Assembly: GCA_965197475.1 (NCBI GenBank)
Contig: CBDANF010000002.1
Span: 1,056,001 to 1,120,000 of the forward strand
Direction of reading: 5' to 3'
Length of the DNA stretch: 64,000 nt
Source of the DNA: Candidatus Poribacteria bacterium
GTDB lineage: Bacteria; Poribacteria; WGA-4E; WGA-3G
This document shows positions 48,639 through 59,620 of the stretch, in pieces. The first letter of the stretch is position 1. Each line of letters starts with the position of its first letter. The position numbers and the translations under genes were made by a program. The notes under the pieces were generated by a model. It searched no databases and had not been told where the DNA came from. It was given only the letters and a program-made list of their open reading frames with translations.

Positions 48639-49583
48639 CTAACTATAAGTGTACTTAGGTTGTTGGGTAAGGATTTCATCAGCCACAGCGATATCTCTAT
48701 GAATTTGTTGGACTAAAGCATGCATATTTGAGAATTTGCGTTCACTGCGAATTTTTTCAATAAAGAATATTTCAATAATTTCGCCATATATGGTCTCGTC
48801 AAAATTAAATAAATGGCTCTCTACCTGAAATTTTGTCCCATTAAAAGTCGGTCGGATTCCGATGTTCAACACACCATCTAACCAGCGTTTCGCTAATTTT
48901 GCACGAATCGCATATACACCGTTCGGTGGGCAAAGTTGTTCACCCGTTTCGATATTCGCGGTAGAAAAACCGAGTTGTCTACCGCGCCCGTCCCCGCGCA
49001 CGATAGTCCCGCTCAAAGAATAGGTTCTTCCTAATAGTTGCGATGCTAAACCGAGATCACCTCTCGCTATCGCTTGTCGGATACGTGTGCTATGCACTGG
49101 TAAACCATTTAACTCAGTCGGTGGAACAATCGTAACGCCAAATTCAGACTGGTGTCCCATAGCCTCTAAAAGCTGCGCATTCCCTTCCCGATCTTTTCCA
49201 AATTGGCACGCATAGCCAACAACCACGTGTTTGGCGCGACACAATTCAAGCAAAATACCATTCACAAAAGTATCCGGAGACATTGATGCGATCCGCTCGT
49301 TGAAGTTTACAAAAATTGCTATATCTATCCCGAGTTGTTCAAGGATTTCGACGCGTTTAGGCAAACACATTAAAACGGGCGGGCATTTTTCAGGAGCGAG
49401 AAACGCCAAAGGATGTGGATAAAACCCGACGAGAACACTCGCCAGTTTATCAGCATTGGCACGCGCACGAACTGTTTTGAGAACCTCTTGGTGACCAATA
49501 TGTAATCCGTCGAATACCCCAAACGTAGCTACTGAGTCCCGTGTCAATTCGGGGATGGACTCCAAATTATAATAGGTTTGCAA
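48639..49583 (-). CDS. ribF: Bifunctional riboflavin kinase/FAD synthetase
   Basis: GVFDGLHIGH, HSTRIR, GDGRGRQLGFSTAN, NIGIRPT. Confidence 0.95.
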   Translation of the reverse strand: MQTYYNLESIPELTRDSVATFGVFDGLHIGHQEVLKTVRARANADKLASVLVGFYPHPLAFLAPEKCPPVLMCLPKRVEILEQLGIDIAIFVNFNERIASMSPDTFVNGILLELCRAKHVVVGYACQFGKDREGNAQLLEAMGHQSEFGVTIVPPTELNGLPVHSTRIRQAIARGDLGLASQLLGRTYSLSGTIVRGDGRGRQLGFSTANIETGEQLCPPNGVYAIRAKLAKRWLDGVLNIGIRPTFNGTKFQVESHLFNFDETIYGEIIEIFFIEKIRSERKFSNMHALVQQIHRDIAVADEILTQQPKYTYS

Positions 49584-49626
49584 AATTCTTCTCCACGAGT
49601 TGATGTCTATTGGTCATTCTATATAT

Positions 49627-50607
49627 TCAACGATTTTCTTGAATATGCCGTTTCGCACTTGTCACAAGCATCGTTATGGCAGAAGTATATGGAAGATTGA
49701 TACGACATCCTGAGGCACGTTCGTGTCCGCCACCTTTAAATTCAGCGACGAGTGCCGCAACATCAACACGACCTTTGCTGCGTAGGCTTACTTTAGTGTT
49801 GCCATCTGGTAGTTCGCAAATACAAATAGCTACCTCAACACTCTCAATTGCTTGAATCTGATTGACAAAACCTTCCACATCATCCAATGTTGTTTTGGTT
49901 TCATTCAACATTGACTGTGTAACCAAAATCCAAGCTATTTTACCATCAGAAGTAAGTTCTAATGTCCGCAGAGTTTGCCCCAACAGATGGATTTTCTCCA
50001 GTGACACATGCTCATAAACCTTGCGGTAAACCTCATCAGGCGCGAAGTCACCGATCCCAATCAAATCTGCCGCTATTCGATGTGTTTCCGGTGTCGCATT
50101 GCTATAACGAAAACAACCGGTATCAAACATTAATCCAGTATATAGACACAATGCAGATGCTGCATCAATCGGGATGTGTGTGGATTTAATAAACTTGTAA
50201 ATAATTTCGGCTGTTGACGAGGCAGTGGTCACAATAATGTTGTAATCTCCGAAAGCCTCCGCAGTAATATGATGGTCAATGTTTACAACAACGTGCGTCG
50301 GTATCAGGCAGTTGCAGAGGAAAGTTCCTATCCGTTCCCGCGAACTTGCGTCTAAAATCACTAATATCTCTGGACTATACTCAACAGATGCTTCCGCATT
50401 TTCAATAATATCCCAATTCGGAAGAAACTGGTACTTTTTCGGAACCGAATCTGTATTATAGATTTTTACGGTTTTCCCTAAATTCTTCAGAAATAGGTAT
50501 AACGCTAATTCGGAACCGATCGCATCACCATCCGGATTAACGTGTGTGGAAATTGCAAACGTCTGATATTGTTCAAATAGGGTAAGGAGCGCACGAAAAC
50601 TATCCAT
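49627..50607 (-). CDS. nrnA: DHH/DHHA1 phosphoesterase (NrnA-like)
   Basis: HVNPDGDAIGS, NIDHH, DTGCF, GGGH. Confidence 0.88.
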   Translation of the reverse strand: MDSFRALLTLFEQYQTFAISTHVNPDGDAIGSELALYLFLKNLGKTVKIYNTDSVPKKYQFLPNWDIIENAEASVEYSPEILVILDASSRERIGTFLCNCLIPTHVVVNIDHHITAEAFGDYNIIVTTASSTAEIIYKFIKSTHIPIDAASALCLYTGLMFDTGCFRYSNATPETHRIAADLIGIGDFAPDEVYRKVYEHVSLEKIHLLGQTLRTLELTSDGKIAWILVTQSMLNETKTTLDDVEGFVNQIQAIESVEVAICICELPDGNTKVSLRSKGRVDVAALVAEFKGGGHERASGCRINLPYTSAITMLVTSAKRHIQENR

Positions 50608-50611
50608 CTAA

Positions 50612-50989
50612 TTAAATGTCTTGTGCTGAACTTTCCGGCTCTTCTTCATCCTCAATTTGCTTGAGAAGTCCATCAATTTTCATGAGATGGTCCACCGAAT
50701 CATCTAAATTAAACCGGAGTTCCGGTGAATATTTGAGTGTCAAACGACGACTGATCTCGCGTCTGAGGAACCCAGCAGCACTTTTAAGTCCTGCAAGGGT
50801 TGCTTCCTTCTGTTCTAAACTGCCGATAACACTCACCTTCACATCAACATATTTGAGGTCAGAGGAAACTTCTACGTGGGTGACGGTACAAAAGGCGACA
50901 CGCGGGTCTTTCACAACACGTTGAATAACCTCGCTCAACTCTCTCTGAATAAGAGCACTCACCCTGTCCTGTCTTCTATTTTCTAACAT
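50612..50989 (-). CDS. rbfA: Ribosome-binding factor A
   Basis: KDPR, V..V.VSSDL, AAGFLR, PELRF..D.S. Confidence 0.95.
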   Translation of the reverse strand: MLENRRQDRVSALIQRELSEVIQRVVKDPRVAFCTVTHVEVSSDLKYVDVKVSVIGSLEQKEATLAGLKSAAGFLRREISRRLTLKYSPELRFNLDDSVDHLMKIDGLLKQIEDEEEPESSAQDI

Positions 50990-51136
50990 GCTCGCTGACC
51001 TTTCTGGTTTCGGATGAATTACACACTATCATATAAATCCCTTGTAATTTTACACTTTATGCATCCCTTTGTACAAGTTCTCTATTTATTGCTCCTGTCT
51101 TTGCGTGCGATTTCGCACACCACGACACCTCTTTTA

Positions 51137-51421
51137 TTAGAAGAAAAAATCTGTTTCATAATCAACCAAAACGACTGACGTGTTTTCCTCAATGAATTTA
51201 ACGCTCTTCGCTAAAATTTGATTCAAAAATTTTACTTCATTCGCTACTGAAACTATTCCTAAAACAGCAGACTGATGCACATCTTGTGCTTCTATTTCGG
51301 CAATTGCGACATTAAATCGATTTTTGAGACGAGCAATTAGACTTTTGATTACCCTGCGTTTATCCTTGAGGGATTGACTCTCTGGCAGATATAACTTTAT
51401 TTTACAAACCCCGATGTGCAT
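51137..51421 (-). CDS. ylxP: DUF503 (YlxP) family protein
   Basis: SLKDKRRVIKSL...NRFNVAIAE; position in the infB operon. Confidence 0.88.
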   Translation of the reverse strand: MHIGVCKIKLYLPESQSLKDKRRVIKSLIARLKNRFNVAIAEIEAQDVHQSAVLGIVSVANEVKFLNQILAKSVKFIEENTSVVLVDYETDFFF

Positions 51422-51501
51422 CTCTCTATTTGCCTATTTTCTGTAGTGGAACGCTCGCGCCAATTCTCACTTATCCATCCAGATCACAACCGATGAAATT
51501 C

Positions 51502-52106
51502 CTAATTTGTGACAGCAGCGATGAGTTCTGCCTGTAATTTCAGAGGTTTTTGATGGGAATGCTCTTTCGTTTCTTTTCGTTCACGCCAAACGTCAGGAAT
51601 GTTGTGTATTTTCCAAACTCCTTTAGCCCTTTTCGGTTGCTTCTGTAGCACTACACAATACTCACACACTCGTCTGCTTCTATACCCCATTCCAAATCTT
51701 TCCTTATCCCAAACAATCAAATCCACTACATCTAACTGCGTAGCATCAAACCAGTTATTGAAATCTTGGCATAGATGAAACTTATCAATCCACAGAAATA
51801 GATGTCCAGATGGATAAGAACGTTATTAATACCTCTAATGAATTCTTTAATGATCTCTTCGGTCATTTGTATCAATGAGCATCTACGTTTCTCCCAGCTT
51901 TTTCCCTCATTGCCGTAATTCATTTTATCAAGCACACCTCTATACTGCGGATCAAGAAACGCTACAGGGATTGATTCATGTGGTAGATGAGATAAGAACT
52001 TCACACCATCCATCTTCAACCTTGAATTCGGTTTAAGAAAATCAGGCAAGTCAATGGAAGGAGATTTTACTTCCCGCTCAGTCGAAAAAACGTTGTTTGT
52101 AGGCAT
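51502..52106 (-). pseudogene. Frameshifted, truncated N4/N6 DNA methyltransferase
   Basis: FLDPQY (DPPY-like), IVWDK, H.HQKP; frameshift near 51812; stops before the SAM-binding motif. Confidence 0.75.
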
Positions 52107-52309
52107 ATCAAGTGTTTCACGAATAAGCGTTATATTCTTATCGGTTTTACTCTTGATGGTTGAAAAAGTAATGAGGACTACATTGCCGATCACTTAATAT
52201 AGTAGGGATTCCATCAGTATGTCAACTTTGAATTATCAATCTTAACAACGTTTGAAATAAACTTAAGGATACGAATATAAGGTAGATTTCAGCAAGGTGT
52301 GAACCTATT

Positions 52310-54379
52310 TTAAAGAGTCCTTGCGACCTGTTCGTGGACATAACATTCTAACACATCCCCAACTTTTATGTCGTCAAATTCGTCAATACCGATCCCACAT
52401 TCATAATTAGCTTGTACTTCGTTGACGTTGTCTTTAAAACGTCGCAGTGAGTCAACCTTTCCTTCATAAATCAACCGGTTTTCGCGCAGCACACGCAGAG
52501 GTTGGTTAAAAGTGATTCTACCCCAGTTGACATAACTTCCTGCGACTAATCCGATACGCGGTGCTTTGAAGATTTCCCTCACTTCAGCCCGTCCGATAAT
52601 TACTTCCCTAACCTCTGGCTCTAACAAGCCTTCCATTGCTGAGCGGATGTCGGAGATAATGTCATAAATAACCGTATAGGTGCGAACATCAATCCCTTCG
52701 ATTTCGGTCGCTTTAACTGCTTCTGTGGTGGGGTAAACGTTGAATCCAACAACGATAGCATCAGACGCGGAAGCAAGCAAGATATCTGTCTCAGTGATAC
52801 CGCCAGTGGCTTCGTGAATGATGTTTATTTTTACTTCCGGCGCGCTCAATTTTAGCAAGGATTCCGAGATGGCTTGAACGGAACCCTGCACATCTCCCTT
52901 AACAATGACATTCAATTCCTTGATTTCACCTTCTTGGATCTGTTGGAATAGGTCATCAAGACTAATATGGCTATGTGTGCCAAGTTTGGAAATACGGTAT
53001 TTATCTTGCCGTTCTTCGCTTATAGAGCGAGCATCCTTTTCGGAATCGACAGCAAAAAATAGGTCTCCTGCTTCCGGCACACCTGTAAATCCAAGTACTT
53101 CCACAGGCGTAGATGGCGCGGCTTCCTTGATTCGTCTACCGTCATCACTCATCATCGCTCTAACTCTTCCGGAGTAGCGACCAGAGACGAATGCATCGCC
53201 AACTTTCAAGGTGCCACTCTGCACTAAAACGGTCGCAACTGCGCCACGACCTTTATCTACTTGTGCCTCAATTACAACACCACGGGCAGGTTTATTCGGG
53301 TTCGCTTTTAATTCTAACAAGGCAGCTTCAAGGAGGAGCATTTCCAACAATAATTCTATTCCGGTGCCTTCGATTGCCGATATCTCTACACAGATAGTTT
53401 GACCACCCCAATCTTCTGGGACCAATTCGTTTTCAACCAACTGCTGTTTGACATAGTCGGAGCGTGCCCCAGGCACATCAATTTTGTTTATTGCAATTAC
53501 AATCGGAACTTTGGCTGCTTTAGCGTGGTTAATTGCCTCAATCGTCTGTGGCATTACGCCATCATCAGCGGCAACTATAAGAACGACTATATCTGTTGCT
53601 TGTGCACCGCGTGCGCGCATAGCCGTGAATGCCGCATGTCCAGGTGTATCAAGAAAAACAATGCTTCCATTTTCTAATTCAACGTGGTAAGCACCGATAT
53701 GTTGTGTGATATTTCCTGCCTCGGATTCACTTACGTTTGATTCACGGATACAATCCAAAAGCGAGGTTTTACCGTGGTCAACGTGTCCCATAATTGTGAT
53801 AACAGGGGCACGCGGCACCAACGAATCAGGAAGGTCTTCTTCATCTAATAGTAGTTTTTCCTCTAACGTCTTTTCCTGCAAAACTTCAAAGCCGAAATGT
53901 TCTCCTAAGACTAACAGCGTTTGGTAATCTAAACTTTGGTTAATCGTTGCCATCACCTTTAATTTCATCAACTGCATAATCAATTGGTTTGATTGTAAAT
54001 TAAGCATTGATGCGAGTGTGCTGACTGTCACCCCCTCTTGAACCTGCATGGGAGCATCTGCAGGTGTTTCTTTTTCAGGCTCAACAGGTGTTTCTTTTTC
54101 AGGCTCAACAGGCATTTCTTCTTCAGGTATGATGTTAACGTCTTTTTCTTGATCTTGACTTATTTCTTGCTCGGGATCTAATTCGGACTCAATTAGCATA
54201 ATTGTTTCCGGATCCAAAGTACTCATGTGATTTTTAATGGAAACGCCTAAGTCTTTCAGCACTTTGATAAGTTCCTTGCTGGTCAATCCGTGGCGTTTCG
54301 CCAATTCATAGACTCGGACATTTTGACTCTGTGTTATTTTTTGATTAGTTTCAGCTGGTTGCTGTCTCTGTTTTTTCAT
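52310..54379 (-). CDS. infB: Translation initiation factor IF-2
   Basis: [24 protein letters not shown]; 24-bp PVEPEKET duplication. Confidence 0.97.
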   Translation of the reverse strand: MKKQRQQPAETNQKITQSQNVRVYELAKRHGLTSKELIKVLKDLGVSIKNHMSTLDPETIMLIESELDPEQEISQDQEKDVNIIPEEEMPVEPEKETPVEPEKETPADAPMQVQEGVTVSTLASMLNLQSNQLIMQLMKLKVMATINQSLDYQTLLVLGEHFGFEVLQEKTLEEKLLLDEEDLPDSLVPRAPVITIMGHVDHGKTSLLDCIRESNVSESEAGNITQHIGAYHVELENGSIVFLDTPGHAAFTAMRARGAQATDIVVLIVAADDGVMPQTIEAINHAKAAKVPIVIAINKIDVPGARSDYVKQQLVENELVPEDWGGQTICVEISAIEGTGIELLLEMLLLEAALLELKANPNKPARGVVIEAQVDKGRGAVATVLVQSGTLKVGDAFVSGRYSGRVRAMMSDDGRRIKEAAPSTPVEVLGFTGVPEAGDLFFAVDSEKDARSISEERQDKYRISKLGTHSHISLDDLFQQIQEGEIKELNVIVKGDVQGSVQAISESLLKLSAPEVKINIIHEATGGITETDILLASASDAIVVGFNVYPTTEAVKATEIEGIDVRTYTVIYDIISDIRSAMEGLLEPEVREVIIGRAEVREIFKAPRIGLVAGSYVNWGRITFNQPLRVLRENRLIYEGKVDSLRRFKDNVNEVQANYECGIGIDEFDDIKVGDVLECYVHEQVARTL

Positions 54380-54659
54380 CGGCGATTATCTCCTTGTCAA
54401 GGAGTGCCTGTTTGAATTCGGCAATAACCGATTTCGACAGTTGCACTCGTAGCAATGCGTTTATCCGCTTAGGCACTTTAAAAGCTCTTTCAATACAAGA
54501 CTTAGAACGACAGACATAAGCTCCACGTCCGGGAAGTTTTTTTAATTTTTCTATCTCTAAAGCCTCACCTGTGCAACACACAAAACGGATTAATGTTTTT
54601 TGTGGAAATTTACAAAGGCATCCAATACACGTGCGAATGGGTGCTTTAACTCTTTTCAT
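54351..54659 (-). CDS. ylxR: YlxR (DUF448) RNA-binding protein
   Basis: P.RTCIGC, LIRFV, GRGAYVC...C. Confidence 0.9.
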   Translation of the reverse strand: MKRVKAPIRTCIGCLCKFPQKTLIRFVCCTGEALEIEKLKKLPGRGAYVCRSKSCIERAFKVPKRINALLRVQLSKSVIAEFKQALLDKEIIADEKTETATS

Positions 54660-54737
54660 TGATTAGTTGCGGGCGACAGAGCACTTCAAACAAATTTCGA
54701 TAGTGGAAAGCCACAAACATATAGGTTTGCGTGCCTG

Positions 54738-56081
54738 TCAATTTTCTTCAGATTCAGAGTCTTGATCTAATTCAGATTCAGAGTCTTGATCTAATTCAGG
54801 TTCGGTAACGGTTTCGGACTCTACGGTATTCTCCGGGTTAGTATCTTCTGATGTTACCTCAACGGCGACTTCAGAAATCGTCTCTTCCTCAGTCTCTGCA
54901 GCATTGACATCCAAAGACATCTCTTCAGTATCTTCAGATGGAGTATCCTGCTCTGGTTCCGTCTCCACAGCGTCAGTTATATCCTCTTTAAATAACGTAT
55001 CCAATGAAACAGGGGCTTCGGATTCACTTTTTATGTCAATGTTCCATCCGGTCAATTTCGCGGCAAGCCTCGCATTCTGTCCTCGTCTACCAATGGCGAG
55101 AGACAATTGGTCATCTGGGACTACGACGATCGCACTCATATCTGCTTCGTTGAGTTCAACCCTGCGAATACGTTCCGCTGGTTTTAAAGCGTTAGTGATA
55201 AAGACGCGCGGATCCTCGTTCCATGCAAGGAAATCAATTTTTTCGTTCTTCAGTTCACGTACCATAGTCCGAACTCGGGAACCTCTAACACCTACACAGG
55301 TTCCAACAGCATCTATCCCCTCTTCGTTTGCGATAACGGCAACTTTCGCGCGGTGTCCAGGCTCACGGGCAACCGCCATCACACGAACTTGACCTTCATA
55401 TACTTCTGGAACTTCATGTTCACATAACATAGCAATCAGGTCCGGATGCGTTCGGGATACGACAATTTGCTCTCCTGTTACTGTATTTTTTACTTCTAAG
55501 ATGAGACACCGCAGGGAATCACCGCGATTATACCGGTGAGATGGAGGTATCTGACTCGATGGCAACAGTGCCTCGGCTCGCAAGACATCTGTCCGCTCCA
55601 AATCAACGACAGCATTCGGTCCATCATATCGCTGTAAGTATCCAACGATAATCTCACCTTCACGCCCTTCAAATTCGTTGTAAATCTGTTCACGTTCGGC
55701 TTCTCTGAGTTTGCCAAGTAGAATCTGACGTCCCAATTGCGCTTGAATCCGACCAAATTCTTCAGGGCTAATTTGGACTTCTAACGAGTCACCAATCTCT
55801 ACATTTGGATCAAGTTTTTGTGCTTCCTCAATGGGGATCTCTGTTGAGAAATCTTGCATAATATCAACAACTTTTTTCGGGACGTGGCATTTTATTTCTT
55901 CCTGGTCAAGCTGGATATCTATTGATACTTTAGCCTCTGGGCCGTAGTGTCGCAAAGCGATTACACGCAAAGCATCTTCAATTGCCTTGACAAAAACATC
56001 CTCAGGTAAGTCAGTGTGTCCCATCATTTGCCGAATAGAGTGTTGTAAACTTTCTCTTCTTTCTGGTGTTTTTTGCTTCAT
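54738..56081 (-). CDS. nusA: Transcription factor NusA
   Basis: FGRIQAQ, SRTHP, AREPG.RAK, CVGVRGSRV, SLAIGRRGQNARLAAKLTGW; acidic tail with ELDQDSES duplication. Confidence 0.96.
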   Translation of the reverse strand: MKQKTPERRESLQHSIRQMMGHTDLPEDVFVKAIEDALRVIALRHYGPEAKVSIDIQLDQEEIKCHVPKKVVDIMQDFSTEIPIEEAQKLDPNVEIGDSLEVQISPEEFGRIQAQLGRQILLGKLREAEREQIYNEFEGREGEIIVGYLQRYDGPNAVVDLERTDVLRAEALLPSSQIPPSHRYNRGDSLRCLILEVKNTVTGEQIVVSRTHPDLIAMLCEHEVPEVYEGQVRVMAVAREPGHRAKVAVIANEEGIDAVGTCVGVRGSRVRTMVRELKNEKIDFLAWNEDPRVFITNALKPAERIRRVELNEADMSAIVVVPDDQLSLAIGRRGQNARLAAKLTGWNIDIKSESEAPVSLDTLFKEDITDAVETEPEQDTPSEDTEEMSLDVNAAETEEETISEVAVEVTSEDTNPENTVESETVTEPELDQDSESELDQDSESEEN

Positions 56082-56130
56082 AGTTCTCCTACATCATGGC
56101 GCAACTTGTAAGTCAATATACGCCAACTGA

Positions 56131-56592
56131 TCACCAGACCAGTTGAATGTACCCTTTACAAATTCGCGAGATTTCAATATGGACGGTTTTACCCGATGTT
56201 TGTTCCAAAACGACAGATGCGTCTACGACTTCTAATACTTGTCCTTCCACTTCAAACACCTGTCCATTGTGCGAAGTGGTTTCAATTTGAACGGTTCTGC
56301 CGAGATTCCGCTGGAAATCCGCTGCTGTTTTTAACGGACGGTCAACCCCTGGTGAAGCGATTTCAAGCTGTTTATATCCATCTAATATCTGGTGAACCTC
56401 CAAAATTGGACGAACAGCGTCGTCAACAGCTTTACAATCGGATACTGAAAGACCCCCCGCTTTATGGATCAATAACCTGAGTGTTTGGTTTTTGCGGCTC
56501 CCTGCTGTCTCCACGGCTACTAATTCAAACCCATCTGTTTGAAGGAAGGGTGTCAACATCTCTGCAACGGTAGTTTCAATATCTCCAGGCAT
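56131..56592 (-). CDS. rimP: Ribosome maturation factor RimP
   Basis: LEIASPGVDRPL...DF; RBS GAGGG before ATG 56592. Confidence 0.92.
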   Translation of the reverse strand: MPGDIETTVAEMLTPFLQTDGFELVAVETAGSRKNQTLRLLIHKAGGLSVSDCKAVDDAVRPILEVHQILDGYKQLEIASPGVDRPLKTAADFQRNLGRTVQIETTSHNGQVFEVEGQVLEVVDASVVLEQTSGKTVHIEISRICKGYIQLVW

Positions 56593-56760
56593 TTTTTTAC
56601 CCTCTATAAAATAAAAAACGCGATTGTTCTCGGTTGTGGAGAGTCCTCGCGGTTCTTCTTTAGCAGTTTGCCAATTCCCTTTAAATGGGAGCAGACCACT
56701 GCTTTTAACACTACATGAACAGTAGTATTTCAAATTTGACCTGCAAGCCTGTAAATTAGT

Positions 56761-56789
56761 ATGATAACACTTTCCTTTGTGGGAATCAA
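56761..56789 (-). promoter_or_regulatory. Promoter of the rimP operon
   Basis: TTGATT-17-TATCAT with TG extension; shares AAGTGTTATCAT with the LamG promoter. Confidence 0.6.
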
Positions 56790-57030
56790 GTCAAATTCAA
56801 GATCCACGTTAATGTGTTTAGAAAAACCTAATAACTTCACCGATACGTCCTTTGAAAACGGTTTTAGTTTAAGACGTTAATTCATATAGTAAGTTTAATC
56901 TATGTACAAACTTTTGTCAAGATTTATTTTTTCCGAGAAAGAAGTATTTTCAAAACAACCTCAGATGTGTAAAGATTTAGCGTTATAATAAAACTTTTCA
57001 CTTTTCAATAGCACATGTTATACTATCTAT

Positions 57031-57645
57031 ATGAGTATGTTTCGCGAACATTGGATCGGCGGATTGACTGCCTACAGCACCTTTTTTGTGGTTTCACTTG
57101 TAGCAACAATCTCCGTTTCAATTTTATACGGGTTACCATTTAATTGGAATCCAACTATTTCAACGGATCCATTGGAAATCCTTGGATGTTTTGCCATTGG
57201 GTTGCTGTTTGGGTTGTGGCCCGATGTAGATATTACGAGTAAGAGCCAAAAAATCTTTTATAGTGTCCTGTTTGCTCTGAATGCTTCGCTCATTTTTTTC
57301 CTGCACAGGTACTTAGAGGCGGCACTTTTAGGGTTATTTGCAATGCTCCCAATTCTTAGCAAGCATCGCGGATGGACTCACTCCAAGATTACGATGATTC
57401 TGTTGCCAAGTCTGTTTATAGTGATTCCGATCTATGCGGAGTATCCGAATTGGGGAACTGGGTGGGAAAAACTGACTGATTTGTTTGACTCGTTGGTGAC
57501 GTGGGAAAAACTTGGAGATACGCTGCGAAACGGTCTCGCGTTCTATGTGGCAGGATTGATTGGATATGCATCACATCTATACCTGGATGGTATCTTATTC
57601 CGTTCACGCAAAGCACAACGGCGGAAAGCACGTGCAAAACAATGA
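57031..57645 (+). CDS. Membrane-bound metal-dependent hydrolase (YdjM-like)
   Basis: FREH, L.PDVD, KHRGWTHS, GYASHL.LD. Confidence 0.82.
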   Translation: MSMFREHWIGGLTAYSTFFVVSLVATISVSILYGLPFNWNPTISTDPLEILGCFAIGLLFGLWPDVDITSKSQKIFYSVLFALNASLIFFLHRYLEAALLGLFAMLPILSKHRGWTHSKITMILLPSLFIVIPIYAEYPNWGTGWEKLTDLFDSLVTWEKLGDTLRNGLAFYVAGLIGYASHLYLDGILFRSRKAQRRKARAKQ

Positions 57646-58937
57646 ATAAAGCAATACGCAACACTCAGAAATTATGTGCCAATCCTTTGATGCAGACGCT
57701 GTACGCTTTTGCTAAGGCGCGTGAGATTCAACTCTACCTTGTAGGCGGCAGTGTGCGGGATTTGTTGTTAAATAGACCAACAACAGATTTCGATTTCACG
57801 CTGAAATCAAATACCATTCAATTTGCTAAAATGTTCGCTGACAGTATCCGTGCGCCCTTCGTTCCGCTTGAGGAGCAACCGCCTACCGCTCGCGTTATTG
57901 TTAGAACACCCCATCTTGTCCGGACTCAATTGAGCATAGATTTCACACAATTTAGAGCTGCATCTCTGACAGATGACCTGCGTTTGCGCGACCTAACAAT
58001 CAATGCAATGGCAATTCCACTTGAATCGGTTATGGAATCAGGTTGTCCTGAAGTGATTGATCCATGCAACGGCACAAATGACCTTGCGACACGCCTTCTC
58101 AGGTTTCCGAGTGAACAGGTCGTTCGTGATGATCCGCTACGCCTCATGCGAATTTATCGATTCGCTGCACAGTTGGATTTTGAAATATGTCAAAAATCCC
58201 TTGGACTGGTGCAAAAACATCAAAATTTATTACCAAATGTTTCAAAGGAACGGATTCGCGATGAATTTTTGAAAATTCTCAACATTGGGAAAGCAAAAAT
58301 CTATTTACAGCGAATGCTTGAGATTGGTCTGTTAGCACACGTTTTTCCAAATATAGAACAGACACATGCCTTGTGGCACCCGTTAGAAAACTTTGAGGAC
58401 AACCCAATTCCTGAATCGCTTTGCTTCTATGAAGATGAAATCAATACCTATCTCAATGAAGAATTAGGTTTAGAAGCGAACCGACAGTCATTAATTAAGC
58501 TCTGCCTACTTCTGCAGGAAAATCTTGGAGAAATTGGTAAACAACTTCGACTGAGTCGAAAGGCATTGCAATTTATGAAATGTCTCGTTACGGAATATCA
58601 GCAACTTACAGATAGGGAATTGACAAAGAAAGAGATAATCAATTTTTTGAGAACTTCTGCATCCGATTGGTGGGGCGTACTTCTGTTTTCGGCTGCCAAA
58701 CATCCGATTTCCGCACAAGTCCTGACGCAAATCGTAGATACCTACTACGAACATCTACTGCCAATTCTCAAGCAGGGACGACTTATTACGGGGGAAGATC
58801 TGATTCAGGAGTTCCAACTGAAGGAGGGAAGAGAAATTGGGATGCTGTTAAAGCAAATTGAGGAACGGCAGTTCAATGGTGAGATTCGGACGCGGGCTGA
58901 AGCACTTGCTGCCGTGGAGGCGTTACTTCGTAAATAA
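57642..58937 (+). CDS. Class II tRNA nucleotidyltransferase, probably CC-adding type
   Basis: LVGGSVRDLLL..TDFDF, RDLTINAMA, DDPLRLMR..RF, SKERIRDE; very short loop before motif B. Confidence 0.85.
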   Translation: MNKAIRNTQKLCANPLMQTLYAFAKAREIQLYLVGGSVRDLLLNRPTTDFDFTLKSNTIQFAKMFADSIRAPFVPLEEQPPTARVIVRTPHLVRTQLSIDFTQFRAASLTDDLRLRDLTINAMAIPLESVMESGCPEVIDPCNGTNDLATRLLRFPSEQVVRDDPLRLMRIYRFAAQLDFEICQKSLGLVQKHQNLLPNVSKERIRDEFLKILNIGKAKIYLQRMLEIGLLAHVFPNIEQTHALWHPLENFEDNPIPESLCFYEDEINTYLNEELGLEANRQSLIKLCLLLQENLGEIGKQLRLSRKALQFMKCLVTEYQQLTDRELTKKEIINFLRTSASDWWGVLLFSAAKHPISAQVLTQIVDTYYEHLLPILKQGRLITGEDLIQEFQLKEGREIGMLLKQIEERQFNGEIRTRAEALAAVEALLRK

Positions 58938-58945
58938 GGCAATTC

Positions 58946-59620
58946 CTATAAATCTGCTTGGCGTTTGCGCAGAAATTTTGGAATGAGAGAAACCAAAAGT
59001 ATGAGAACAGCAGCGATGGACAGATAAATGAAAGTTTTCGACAGACTCCCTTCGCCACTTACAAGCGCACCGCCAATTTGAACATACGCGATAGTACCGG
59101 GCAGCATAAAAATTGCTGAAACGAGGACATAAGTCGGAAACTTAATTTTGGTTAAACCGTATGCATAGTTTTGTAAATTAAAGGGGAAGATAGGTACCAA
59201 CCGCGTGAACATCAAGATCCGCCACCCTTCCTGTTCCACCTTTTCATCTATTTTTTGGAATTGAACGTTACCTGACACCCACTTTTCAACAAGTTCTCGT
59301 GCTACGTAACGTGCAACCAGGAAGGCGAGGGAAACCCCAATAACCGCACCAACCCAAACATAAACAACACCCCATACCGGACCGAATGCGATGCCTGCGA
59401 TCACTGTTACCGCAAGACCCGGTAAAAAGAAAAGTGTCGCAACAATGTACAAGCAGATGTAGACCAACGGCGCGATTATGCCGAAGTCCGAAACCCATTC
59501 TTTAATTTTGTGGACATTCTTAAGATCAATGTACTCGGTTATTCCGTAATATCTTAACAGGAAATAGATTACTGCCATAACGCCAACAGCGATAGTGAGT
59601 TTAATCACCTTACTTTTCAT
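58946..59620 (-). CDS. TVP38/TMEM64 (VTT/DedA) membrane protein
   Basis: FLPG, RLVPIFPFNLQNYAYGLT, MLPG. Confidence 0.9.
   Translation of the reverse strand: MKSKVIKLTIAVGVMAVIYFLLRYYGITEYIDLKNVHKIKEWVSDFGIIAPLVYICLYIVATLFFLPGLAVTVIAGIAFGPVWGVVYVWVGAVIGVSLAFLVARYVARELVEKWVSGNVQFQKIDEKVEQEGWRILMFTRLVPIFPFNLQNYAYGLTKIKFPTYVLVSAIFMLPGTIAYVQIGGALVSGEGSLSKTFIYLSIAAVLILLVSLIPKFLRKRQADL

Noticed and set aside
56593-56733. Longer RimP N-terminus or structured rimP leader
   Set aside because: The RBS supports ATG 56592, and I could not identify a convincing leader fold by eye.
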